In this document: piece by piece, positions 41,510 to 52,390 of the stretch
How the letters are laid out: each line of letters begins with the position of its first letter
How positions within the stretch are numbered: the stretch's first letter is position 1
From: Epiperipatus broadwayi
Taxonomy: Eukaryota; Animalia; Onychophora
Direction of reading: 5' to 3'
NCBI GenBank assembly: GCA_028023455.1
Contig: JAQFVV010000004.1
Coordinates: forward strand, 24,738,001 to 24,802,000
Length of the DNA stretch: 64,000 nt
Notes under the pieces: model-generated
What the model was told of the DNA's origin: nothing
Database searches by the model: none
Seen by the model: the letters and a program-made list of their open reading frames with translations, nothing else
Translations under genes and position numbers: made by a program

Positions 41510-43440
41510 ACTGTTTGTGGCAATATAACACAGTATGCATGGATATGTGTAAACATATACATTTAGATTGTATTTATTAAATTTACTACCACACAATCTA
41601 TGCATAAATTATTCTTGATTAAGTACATTCTAGAAAAATTTAGCTATTGTAAACTTTTATTGAACTGTATGTAATAATTAAATTTGTTAAGTGCATACTC
41701 ATTATGTAAAATAATATATATTAAGGCTACAACCTTAAGACCATATGCTAAAATATTTAGATTAAAGCAGAAACTGGACTGATATAAAAACTGCAGACAA
41801 TCTTATTAAATATGTGTATGTACAAGTTGTTCTGTTAAATAACTAGAAATGAATTGTTATAAAGTGCAAACATAAATGGAAGATAATTCTCAAATAAATT
41901 TTATTCTCTGAAAAAATTATGCTTTAGTTTCATTTGATTATATACATATTATTTTGTTATGAGTGAATAAACTCAAATTTTATGTCACTGTTTCTTTGTT
42001 TCATTATTGATGCAACTCAGCTAGTGTTGGTGTATACCCCTGGAGAACACAGTAAATTACCACAGTTGAACAGAAGAACATGGGGAAACTATTGTTAAAG
42101 AAGTCCACCAGCTTTGAATATGAAGTAGCTGAACTCCTATACATAATTGCATTAAAGAATAATATTATAATTTGATGTCAGCAATGCAGCTGGTTTATAC
42201 ATTTATGTGGAACACATAGAGAGTTATATGCTAATGAATAGTAGAAAAAGTATCAAGTTTTGAGTGAAATATTCTCATGCTATGAATATCTTAAATTATA
42301 GAATCTGATAATAGAGCTGGTTTTATATCTATGTTATTAAAAGGCCTTTGGGCTAGTAAGGGACTACATTATATATTAACACCATGATATCATTCTAAGT
42401 CAAATGGCCTAGAAGAAAAAACAGAGCAGCACCTAAAGAGCATGTTAAATAAAACTTTCTATGAAGATATTAACAAAGCTTTAACTGATGCAATGTTTTT
42501 ATCAGCATTTCATCCCCTGCATGTTTTCTAAAAAGATACCTATGTCTATCAGTTTGTTGTGATGAAGAAAGTTTCAAAGTTGGCAATATTGTATGGATAA
42601 GTGATATTCTGGAAAAAATGATTAGAAAGTTAGATTGAGACAATTAAGAGTAGTTTAGATATCTAATGTAAGTCAAATAAAAACATATATTAACTACTTG
42701 ATAGTTTGTCAAACTGAGTCATCAGATGTAATAGGCATTGGTACACATTTTACACTTAATGAAAGGAATACTTTAATAAAAAAATGAGAGTGTAGACCCA
42801 GCACAAAAGCCCCCAGTTGTAGGGTTATCAAGTGAGCTGTCAAATGAAATTGATTTAGTGAGTTAGAAATTTTACCAAATGAGGACCCCCTTCTAAAAAT
42901 GCAGCCTCAACAGGAGGATAAAAATGGGACCTTCTAAGAAGAAAGGTCTATATCTCCATTAAGATGTGCTAGAGCCTGGCATCAAACCCAAAGTTTGTAA
43001 GATTATGTTTGTGACTAAATGATAATTTTCTTGAGGGAGGAATGGGTTCAAAATGTTTGTGATAATGTAATGTAGTTTGTGTAGATATGTGTAAACATTT
43101 ACATTTAGTTGATTGCGAATAAAAATGTTCTATTTATTAAAATTACCATGGCATAACACAAGAATAAATTATCCTTCATTATATACACTCTATAAAATTT
43201 ACATATTATAAGCTTGCATCGAACTTTGTGCTAAAGATTTACCTAGGAATTGGACTAATATAAAAATTGCAGAAAATTTACTTAAGTGTGTGTGCTACAA
43301 GTTGTTGTGTTAAAATAAAACAGAAATGAACTGTTGCAAAGCATGCTTATATAAAACAAATTACACACACCACTGGAAGATAATTCTACTCTCTGAGAAG
43401 ATTATGCTTCAGTTTTATCTGATTATATATATATTGTAAC
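41510..43440 (+). mobile_element. Old internally deleted Gypsy element: diverged LTR pair flanking an integrase core
   Basis: Direct repeats at about 41510-41950 and 43050-43440 share GATATGTGTAAACAT.TACATTTAG, GGACT.ATATAAAAA.TGCAGA and GGAAGATAATTCT. Purine tract GAGGGAGGAA at about 43030. 42301-42460 translates ESDNRAGFISMLLKGLWASKGLHYILTP*YHSKSNGLEEKTEQHLKSML, matching rve SDNG...YHPxSNGxAER. Confidence 0.7.
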
Positions 43441-45464
43441 AGAATAAATATGTGGGCCATGCTAAATTCTGAGTCATAGCCTAATTATTGATCACCATTT
43501 GTAACAGAATATAAATATGAATCAAGAAAGAATATTGCCCATGAATTGTAGTCATTTGTAATAGAATGAATATAGTAAACTAAACTAAAATGAATACCAT
43601 TTAGTGAATAGCAATCTTACACTTAAATTAATAAAGCAATGATAATCTTTGTTATTATCTGATAAATTCCAATAGCACTTAGAATGGATAGAAAACCAAA
43701 AAAATATTACTTCAAACTAACTAAAAATATCATTATTTGCAATAGATCAAAGATAAAGCAATAAAATTAAATATCATTGTTTTATCAATAACAGTATATG
43801 CCTATAATATAGATGCTTATAATGGAATGAAAATAATGACAAAGAATTACATAGATAAACTTTAATATTTCTTATGAATCAACACACTGTTTACAATAAT
43901 ACAAACTTGTGCCAAAAGTCAAACATTATTTATATTTAAATGAAATGATTCTTAGATTGATGAAATAATAATCTTAATAAGCCCTACAAGTTTACAATAT
44001 CAATAGCAGCTAACAAAATATATAACTCAATAATTAATTTGTAATTACAACTAAATAAAATAAAAGTACTGCTAACTCAACCTTGCTATTCCACTAATAG
44101 CAATATATCCTTATTAACTAAGTCAATATAACAAGATTAAATACTTAATAATAATACAAAATCAATTAACCCAACATATCTTTCCATTTTCACAACTTAA
44201 TATATTATAAAATCAAATATTCTATTAAGTAACCTTAAGGTTTTCAATATCCAATCATAACAATATATAAAATAAATGATAGATTTTTATTTGATGCTTA
44301 TTTCAACAATTCACAAATCATATCCAATTACTCTTCAGTTTATTAAAGGTAAGTTATTAAAACTTTAGACTAAAATTGTCAAAGAGTATGAAAGATTGTT
44401 AGATTTATTATAAATTAAATATTAATATTAAAATTTAATATTTGAACTGAATTTATGATCCACACTAACAAACTTTAAATATAATTAAAGAAAATCATTC
44501 TAATTTGAAATTGAATGAAATATATTACTATTATAGTTCTATAACTGAATAAGATTGCAATCTTTATGGCTGTATACTAACTTAATGTAATATTTATTTT
44601 AATTAATATTGACCTAAAATAAAATACATGAACATTTCATTGCAACTGCCTTTACTCATTTTCAATAATTATTATATTTGCACCTTTATCAATCCTCAAA
44701 TCAATTCATATATAATTTATATTTTAGCATATCTATTACTTGTTACTAACAAAATAATTGTAATAAGCTTCCAATTACTTATTAAATATTTAAGAATGTC
44801 AAATCAGTTAATTTCTCACTGTATAAGTCAAATAATAAGCATTAAATTCAATACTTACCCATTCTATGTTTTTGATTTTGGAATTATTTTTATAACTGCT
44901 TTTAATGAATTATGTGGAATAATCAATTAGAGAATATTGTCTTATCCAAATATGATTAACAAATAAATTTGCATTGTAAAATTGAATAATAACCAAGCAA
45001 GTTTATTTCTTATAAATTAATTCAAAATTTATTAAATTGATATAAATTAAAATCAAAAATATATGTATGGCAAATAAACATTTAAAATATATGTATATAA
45101 TATGATTATGCTTTAAGTAGGTTTTCAGTTGACATATTTAAATGGGTGATTACATCTCAATATCCACTGATTAGATACTAAATACAAACACACGTTTATG
45201 TAACACCAAAAATGTAAAACATTTATACTTTCTGAAATATAAGAGTTCAAGATATATCTTCTTCCTGTACTTCATATAAAAAGATAGTTAATCAAAATAT
45301 AATATATATATATATAAGAATTTATTTATTCGCTAATAAAAGAACAAAATCAAATAAATACTTATTATGATATAATCCTTTTGAACTCTTAATATAAGTG
45401 ACATACCTATAGTCAATTTATAATTAATAAAAAAATGAATATATATATATATGTGTGTAAAGAT

Positions 45465-45524
45465 GATAGTCTGGACCAACTGATGATTGCTGGTTTAGCA
45501 TGAAATACGTATATTGGTGATTAT
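45465..45524 (+). ncRNA. Type I hammerhead ribozyme, family A
   Basis: ATAGTC-TGGA-CCAA CTGATGA TTGCTG-GTT-TAGCAT GAAA TACGTA TA TTGG-T-GATTAT. Palindromic ATACGTAT forms stem III. Predicted cleavage is after 45513. Confidence 0.88.
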
Positions 45525-45939
45525 TTATCTTTTCAGCATATATGTGTTTAGGTGTATCAGTGTTATTAGATAGAGTGGAGAGTGGTGGGTGGTCTGAAAG
45601 TCTGTGCTCATATACCCTATATTACATATATATAGACACAGGTATATAACAAGCCTGTGCTTCAGTTATTACATTATAGAGATGTCTGCCCATCCTTGCA
45701 TATGTATTAAATGGATTATGTCCTGTACATGTGGGGTTCAGATTGACCTTAGGTCAACATGGGTGTGACAAGAATCTCGGCCTCAGGGTGGCCTTTGAGC
45801 ATTCCATCATCAGATTTTCAATTGGATGGACGGTTGAAGAGTTGGAGTGTGGAGTAGATTGAAGCCTGTCCATTAAACTATAAGGATTGTCTATCTTAAT
45901 ATATATCTGAGCACTTATACTATATATGTGTGTAAAGAT

Positions 45940-45999
45940 GATAGTCTGGACCAACTGATGATTGCTGGTTTAGCATGAAATACGTATATTGGTGATTAT
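45940..45999 (+). ncRNA. Type I hammerhead ribozyme, family A (second tandem copy)
   Basis: Identical to 45465-45524 and 475 nt downstream. Predicted cleavage is after 45988. Confidence 0.88.
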
Positions 46000-48762
46000 T
46001 TATCTTTTCAGCATATATGTGTTTAGGTGTATCAGTGTTATTAGATAGAGTGGAGAGTGGTGGGTGGTGTGAAAGTCTGTGCTCATATACCCTATATTAC
46101 ATATATATAGACACAGGTATATAACAAGCCTGTGCTTCAGTTATTATATTATTTTTATTTATTTTTTCTACGATAAAATTATGATTTATTATTAATTATT
46201 ACTATTAAAAATTTATGTGATTATTGCGATGGTTAACTAGTCATTTAGTAAATTAAAAATAAAATTGCATGCATGAAACAGCATGATGGAAGAAATAACT
46301 CAAAGCTTAAAATGAAGCAAATGATAACTGATTTTGCAAGTAGGAAAGTTAGAAAAATGAACATATATATATTTTAGTTTTATATGCATTATTGTAATTA
46401 TTGTATTAGCTAATTTATTTACATCAACTATTACATATCAAGGAATTACTTTTTTATAATTATTTTTATTTATGATTATTTTGCTGTGATATATTTTATA
46501 AAAATATTATATAAATACATACAGTACTTGTTATTACTAAAATATAAAATATAGTGTCACTATGGCTGTTTCTCTATTTTAGCTATGACAAAAACCCTGT
46601 TTGGTGTTTTTATGGTAAGGCTTTTGGTTATCTAACTGTGCCATTTTTATCTAGAAGCAGATATGTTATTTTGATCTAGAATAAATATTTGATTATCACT
46701 CATAGTAGTTTGCATTATATTGGAAATATATGTTCATTTTTCTTTAGTAACATCCAACGTTTTTGTACATTTTTATTGAATTTGAGGGAGTTATAATTTA
46801 TATGATATAATAATTTCAAATTGAATGAATGAGATTATTCATACAATTTGAAGTGTATCCACCTATTGTACAATTAATTTAGAGAGTGAAACTAACTAAT
46901 GAAAATCTTGAAAAAAATTAGCCAGTTCATAAGTATTATAAACAGGCATTTAATGTTGTTAAATGGGTACCCATAGATTGTTATCTAGAGATTAATGTCC
47001 TAATTTGGTTAATGGAAGTGAAAGTTAATACACAAAGTGTAAATAGTCTTTATAACTGATGAAAAAAATGTCATCACTGAACCTGTGGTTTCACTTTATC
47101 ATTTTTAATATAAGGGGTTTTCAGACTATTAATTATCAATACTTAACCATATTAGCTAATTGTTTGTATGTTTGTATTTTTTTTAAGATTCACTCACTTT
47201 TTAATCTCTTTATAAGGCCCAATGATCCAAAACTTAACATGTTCACTGCCTCATCTGGGCCAGTAAAACATTAAAATATTTTCTGATTATAAGCAACCTA
47301 AAATTTTATAAAATAACTAACTAGTTATTCTTTTTTAAAATGAAAAATACCCCCACTCAAATGAACCCTCTCCAGAACTGATAGACAAGTGAATAATGAT
47401 TTCACTATTATTGTTCTTCTTTGGAGAACTGTTGAAGACGCCTTTAGCCTATAGAGGAAGATGTATATCATTTAATATCAAATGTATTAAGCTTTAGGAA
47501 AATAACTACTTTAATGATATTAGTTGAAACTTATTTTATCACAATTTTTTCATGATAGGTTTAAAAATGTTTTTAATATCTTCAAAAAAATTTAAAATAT
47601 TTTGAAATGATTCTAAATATAATAGGAATCTCAATGGAAATAAATCGTCTACTGTTTTCATATGGCTTCGAAACAATTTTCTGTTAACTAAAAAGATAGT
47701 TTGATTTTTCACTGAGGTAAACAAATTCTTAATACCTACTATTTAGGTTTTTACTGTCACATCTGTTCTCATGGCTAGAAGGTGGATAAGATGCACACAT
47801 TTAGTTTCTAACAGAAAGTTATTTACTGCTTTTTTCTTTGAGTATGAGATGAAGAAAATATTTTTTCAAACGCCAGTAGTTTTTGACAAATCTATGTGTG
47901 AGTATAAATATTTATTTTTTATTCATAGAAAAGAAAAAAAATAAAGCAGTCATTCAGGCTAGGCAGATATTAGAAATATAGAGGTTATGAATACTCCTCT
48001 TATTTTGTATTTAGATTGCAATTTGAATAAATGATTTTATCAATTTTATTTAAAATTGTAGGTCATTTTCAATGCAAAAATATCACCTGAATTGAAAGAA
48101 ATATTCTATTTGAAATGAGACACTATTGATTTGAAAATTATATTAAACCATAAATATTAAACTAATAATTGAATAAGATTAATTATAAATGGAAGTTGAA
48201 ATAACAATGTTAGTGAAGATTATATATATATTCACCATTTTCTATGCTTACACAAGCTGCTAATACAGAGGCAAAACTCTCCATACGGTAGTGCCATTCA
48301 GTGCAATCCAGAATAATCAAAGGATACAAGAATATTTGTGTGTAAAATCCCTATCTAATGCTTACCCATCCAATATCTGCAGAGAAGCTTTGGATCTGAG
48401 AGCATTGCATCTAGACTTAAGGTTGTAATGCAATCTTCTAGAAGCACCCTATAAAGCTATGAGTTCAAAATAAAAACACACTACTGTTTTCAATTCAAGC
48501 TCAATTTGCTTATATAGTCATATAAACCTGAATCCAGTTCAGAATTTATACATTTTGATGTCTTCAGTTCTTTAATAACAATAGTCACCATAATTCCATT
48601 GGGCAAGATTGATATTAAACCACTACATATCACATGATCACAATCAATTACAAGCTATTAAATCAGAGGTAAAACTCTCCACACAGTAGTCTCACTCAGT
48701 GCAAGACAGAGTAATCAATAAATGCAAGGTTTGTGCATAAAATACCTACCTAGTGCCTACTC

Positions 48763-48823
48763 ATCCAATATCTCTAGACAATTTCCTAGCTTGTGGCTTT
48801 CATCAGTGAGGAGCTTTAGATAT
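48763..48823 (-). ncRNA. Type I hammerhead ribozyme, family B, degenerate
   Basis: Minus strand: CTCCTCA CTGATGA AAGC-CACAA-GCTA G GAAA TTG TC TAGAGA. Core boxes are present but the stem III palindrome is lost. Confidence 0.7.
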
Positions 48824-49123
48824 GGCAGCACTGGACCTAGATCTTAGGATATAATGCAACCCTCTAGAAGTTTATATAAGTCTCTAGCTGAATGTGTAAG
48901 CCTAGGAAATGGGGATTATGTGATGTTTAATGGTTTAATGCCAATCCTGCCCAATAAAATGATGGTGGATGGAAAATCTATAGATGCTGAACTGGATTCA
49001 GATCTATATGACTATACAAGTGAATTGAGTTTAAAGTGAAAATTATTGTTTTTATATTGAACTCATAGTGGTGGCTGCTAAAGAGTTGCATTAAATCCTA
49101 AGATCTAAGAGCAATGTTCTCAG

Positions 49124-49182
49124 ATCTAAAGTTCCTCACTGATGAAAGCAATAAGCTTGAAACTAGTTTGGTGACATTGGAT
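49124..49182 (+). ncRNA. Type I hammerhead ribozyme, family B
   Basis: TTCCTCA CTGATGA AAGC-AATAA-GCTT GAAA CTAG TT TGGTGACATTGGAT. Perfect 4-bp stem II, palindrome ACTAGT, cleavage triplet GUU. Confidence 0.85.
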
Positions 49183-50058
49183 GAATAGGCAATAGATAAA
49201 GATTTTATACATAAACCTTCTTGTATCCACTGGTTACTCTAGCTTGCACTGGATGGCATTATTGTATGGAGAATTTTGCCTCTGTGCTTAAAAAAATAGT
49301 TAAGTTATTGAATTTTAAAGATATCAAATCCATATAAATCTGAAGTCTAACAGATGTTCATTGTAATGAAGAAATAAATAACTTTTGTGTGGATGTAAGA
49401 AAGGTATTTGAATAGGCCAAACATTTTAAAATTGTTATGGATTTTAAAGTTAGAAAGTTTTGATGCATTTGAAATATAAAAATCGGTTGGTGAATGTGGA
49501 CAAGTAGATATAATGAACTAGTAAAAATGGATATGGAAATATCTAAATAAAGGTAAAGTAGAATTAGATTATATTCTAAGAAGCAATTTACTTATTAAAA
49601 GTAATAAAAAATAATTTCACTTTCACATTTAGTAGTTCAGATTAAAAAATTATGCAGCAATAAATTAGACAGCATACACAGACACCCATACAGACATATA
49701 TATATATATTCAACACTATCTAGAAAATTTTAGTAAAATTTTGTTTTATGACTAGTATTTTAAGGTTATATGATTTTCTATATGTATTAAAACAATGGAA
49801 GTAACTTTGCAATTTATAACATAACAATAAATAATAAACTATAGTCAGCATACAGCATGACTATCATCCTAAATAGCACGTGTGTATGTATATATAAACA
49901 TATCCACCCTCAAAAACAATTATTTTTTAAAAATAAAATGATAAAATCCAAATGTTGCTATATTTAAATTCAGATTTAGAAAGTGTCATTATATTTATGA
50001 TTCAAACATTTCCTAAAGTAAAAATTGCTCATTATTTTGATTTTTTATATAGAGTAGT

Positions 50059-50318
50059 TGGAGTGTGGAGTGGATTGAAGCCTGTCCATTAAACTATGAG
50101 GATAGTCTATCTTAATATATATCTGAGCACTTATACTATATATGTGTGTAAAGATGATAGTCTGGACCAACTGATGATTGCTGGTTTAGCATGAAATACG
50201 GATATTGGTGATTATTTATCTTTTCAGCATATATGTGTTTAGGTGTATCAGTGTTATTAGATAGAGTGGAGAGAGGTGGGTGGTGTGAAAGTCTGTGCTC
50301 CTATACCCTATATTATTA
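50059..50318 (+). mobile_element. HHR repeat family A truncated insertion with 13-bp TSD
   Basis: Nearly identical to 45840-46100. Flanked by TATATAGAGTAGT at 50046-50058 and 50319-50331. Confidence 0.88.
50156..50215 (+). ncRNA. Type I hammerhead ribozyme, family A
   Basis: Same as 45465-45524 except that the stem III insert is TACGGA, which breaks the palindrome. Confidence 0.82.
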
Positions 50319-50444
50319 TATATAGAGTAGTGCAAAATTGTTCAGAAAAAAAAAATTATTATAAAATAACTTTATAGATATATTAAACAACCTCCATACT
50401 TCCCCATTCTTTTTAAATTCATATAAAGATACAATAAAAGATAA

Positions 50445-50500
50445 ATGACTCCCAAGATGCATTTTATGCTGAACTGGCACTCATCAGTTGGCTCAGGCCA
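50445..50500 (-). ncRNA. Type I hammerhead ribozyme, family C, mutated
   Basis: Minus strand: CCAA CTGATGA GTGCCA-GTT-CAGCAT AAAA TGCA TC TTGG. GAAA is changed to AAAA. Palindrome ATGCAT. Confidence 0.72.
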
Positions 50501-50981
50501 ACATCTTTCATATATATCTCTATTATATGAAGAGTATTTATCTGTAGTAAATTGTTACATTTTTATTTACAACTGTCAAACTCACTCCACTCACAACTTT
50601 GACACCATCCACCTCAGATAAATACAATAATGATTATTACTATTCATTTACTAAACTAGAGATTATTTCTAGATTATATATAAACTTTAAACTTCAGTTA
50701 AAGATTAATATATCTGATTTTTTAAATTTTAAACGTACACACACATGGAGTTATTCACTTTTCTCTTTCTCATGTGTAATATTTTTATAGATAAATTAAA
50801 CAACCTCCATACTTCCCATTCTTTTTACATTGATATAAATAAAGATGATTAGTAATAATCATTATTGTATTTATCTGAGGTGGATGGTATCAAAGTTGTG
50901 AGTGGAGTGAGTTTAACAGTTGTAAATAAAAATGTAACAATTTACTATAGATAAATACTCTTCAAGATATATATGAGAGAT

Positions 50982-51038
50982 GGTAACCTGGGCCAACTGA
51001 GAGTGCTGTTTCAGCATGAAATGCATCTTGGAGGTCAT
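50982..51038 (+). ncRNA. Type I hammerhead ribozyme, family C, 1-nt core deletion
   Basis: CCAA CTGA-GA GTGCTG-TTT-CAGCAT GAAA TGCA TC TTGG-A-GGTCAT. N7 is missing. Palindrome ATGCAT, cleavage triplet AUC. Confidence 0.75.
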
Positions 51039-51904
51039 TTGTATTTTATTGTGTCTTTATTTATATGTTCAACATATCTATAAAGATATTACACATGGGA
51101 AAGAGAAAGATGAACAACTCCATGTGTGTATATGCTTAAAATTAAAAAAGTCAGACATTAATTTTTAACTGAGGTTTAAAGTTTATATCTGTGATAGAGA
51201 TAATCTCTAGTTTAGTAAATGATTAGTAATAATCATTATTGTATTTATTTGAGGTGGATAGTGTCAAAGTTGTGAGTGGAGTGAGTTTGACAATTGTAAA
51301 TAAAAATGTAACAATTTATAAAATACTATTATAAATAAATAGTCATTTCCTATTTATGGATTGTTAGTAAAATAGAAAAAATATTGTTATATGAATTTAC
51401 ATTCCAAAGTGCTTTGAAACATAATTTATCTATTCAGTAAAATTACACTGACTAAATTTTTTTGTCTAATATAAAATTCATATTGGTAAAATTTGGTCAC
51501 TATCTAAAAATAATAATCATAATTCTATGAACATTTCAAATGCAATTTATCATTTATTTATTGCCCTCATAATTGAATGATTGATAGCTGATAAATGCAA
51601 AATCGCTACAATTTATAATTTTATCAATTCATTCTTTTTTCAAAAATGATTTCACGAAATATTCCAATGGGTGTCATAGACAAAAAAAAATCCTGAGATT
51701 ATATTTTTATTGATGAATAGAAAGAAGAAAAAATGCTTCAACATCTAATTTTATTACCCTCATGTTCATTAATTAATCCCTTTCTTTTTTAAAACTGATT
51801 TAGTTAATTTGCTAAGATTAAAGAAATTTATGGGTTAAATATCAGTAATAACATTATCATAACTCAGTAGAATTTCATTAGTATCAGACTTATGACTAAA
51901 GTTA

Positions 51905-52390
51905 GGTATCAATCAGTCAGTAGTATTTTGTCCTATGGACAGGACCAGATTAGCAGTCACACCACAAATTTATATTTTCCCAGCTCTTCAAATCCATGTA
52001 TTTCTTTCCATCTTTTATATCATCCAGCATGGCCAATATTTTGCATCTTTCATTAAACTATCCTCTTCCCTTAATATATGTTCAATTCAGTTTCTCTCTT
52101 TCCATTTCTAGTTTCTTCAATCAATCTTCATTTTTCATGTAACTTGATTATTACAGTATCATTTTTTAAAAGCAAATTTGTTCATAGACAAAAAAAAAAC
52201 AGCATTTTTTTTAAGTCAGACTTTCTTGCAAATAATATGCCTTCAAATATATTACTAAAAATATATTTTTAAAGATTTTTAATTTCTTGAAAGAAGTTTC
52301 AAAATTGAGGTTTGGCTTTTAGTGATCTATTTTTTTTTTTTACCATACATTTTATAAAGTAGTCTTTTTCCAATTTGAGCTACTACAAAT
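51905..52390 (-). mobile_element. RTE-clade LINE 3' end (RT C-terminus and tail)
   Basis: Minus translation RNGKRN*IEHILREEDSLMKRCKILAMLDDIKDGKKYMDLKSW matches the RTE terminal pattern W.GHILR...MLDDIK. It is followed by GGTCCTGTCCATAGGACAAAATACTA and a short (CTGA/TTGA) tail. Confidence 0.7.

Larger units (their letters stand above)
45446..46151 (+). mobile_element. HHR repeat family A head-to-tail 1.5-mer, 475-nt period (retrozyme-like)
   Basis: 45446-45676 is repeated at 45921-46151 with about 2 differences. Each repeat carries an HHR. Confidence 0.9.
48232..49290. mobile_element. HHR repeat family B cluster: minus-strand 1.5-mer (48232-48872) and divergent plus-strand copy (about 48880-49290)
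   Basis: CAGAGG.AAAACTCTCC recurs at 48266 and 48664 (period 398, first unit lacks the HHR core). All parts align with 59989-60610 and 27447-27775. Confidence 0.85.
50370..51315. mobile_element. HHR repeat family C (distant relative of A): minus 1.1-mer (50370-50845, period 413) and divergent plus 1.25-mer (50847-51315, period 374)
   Basis: AACAACCTCCATACTTCCC recurs at 50386 and 50799. GATTAGTAATAATC recurs at 50847 and 51221. The two halves are reverse complements of each other. Confidence 0.85.

Noticed and set aside
45760-45815. Opposite-polarity CTGATGA inside the family A unit, which would imply an ambisense viroid-like RNA
   Set aside because: It is followed by GAGA instead of GAAA, has no stem I complement, and is not conserved in copies at 175-615 or 1195-1638.
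45446-51315. Regularly recurring repeats as a CRISPR-like array
   Set aside because: Units are 370-475 nt with no unique spacers and no cas genes, in a eukaryotic context.
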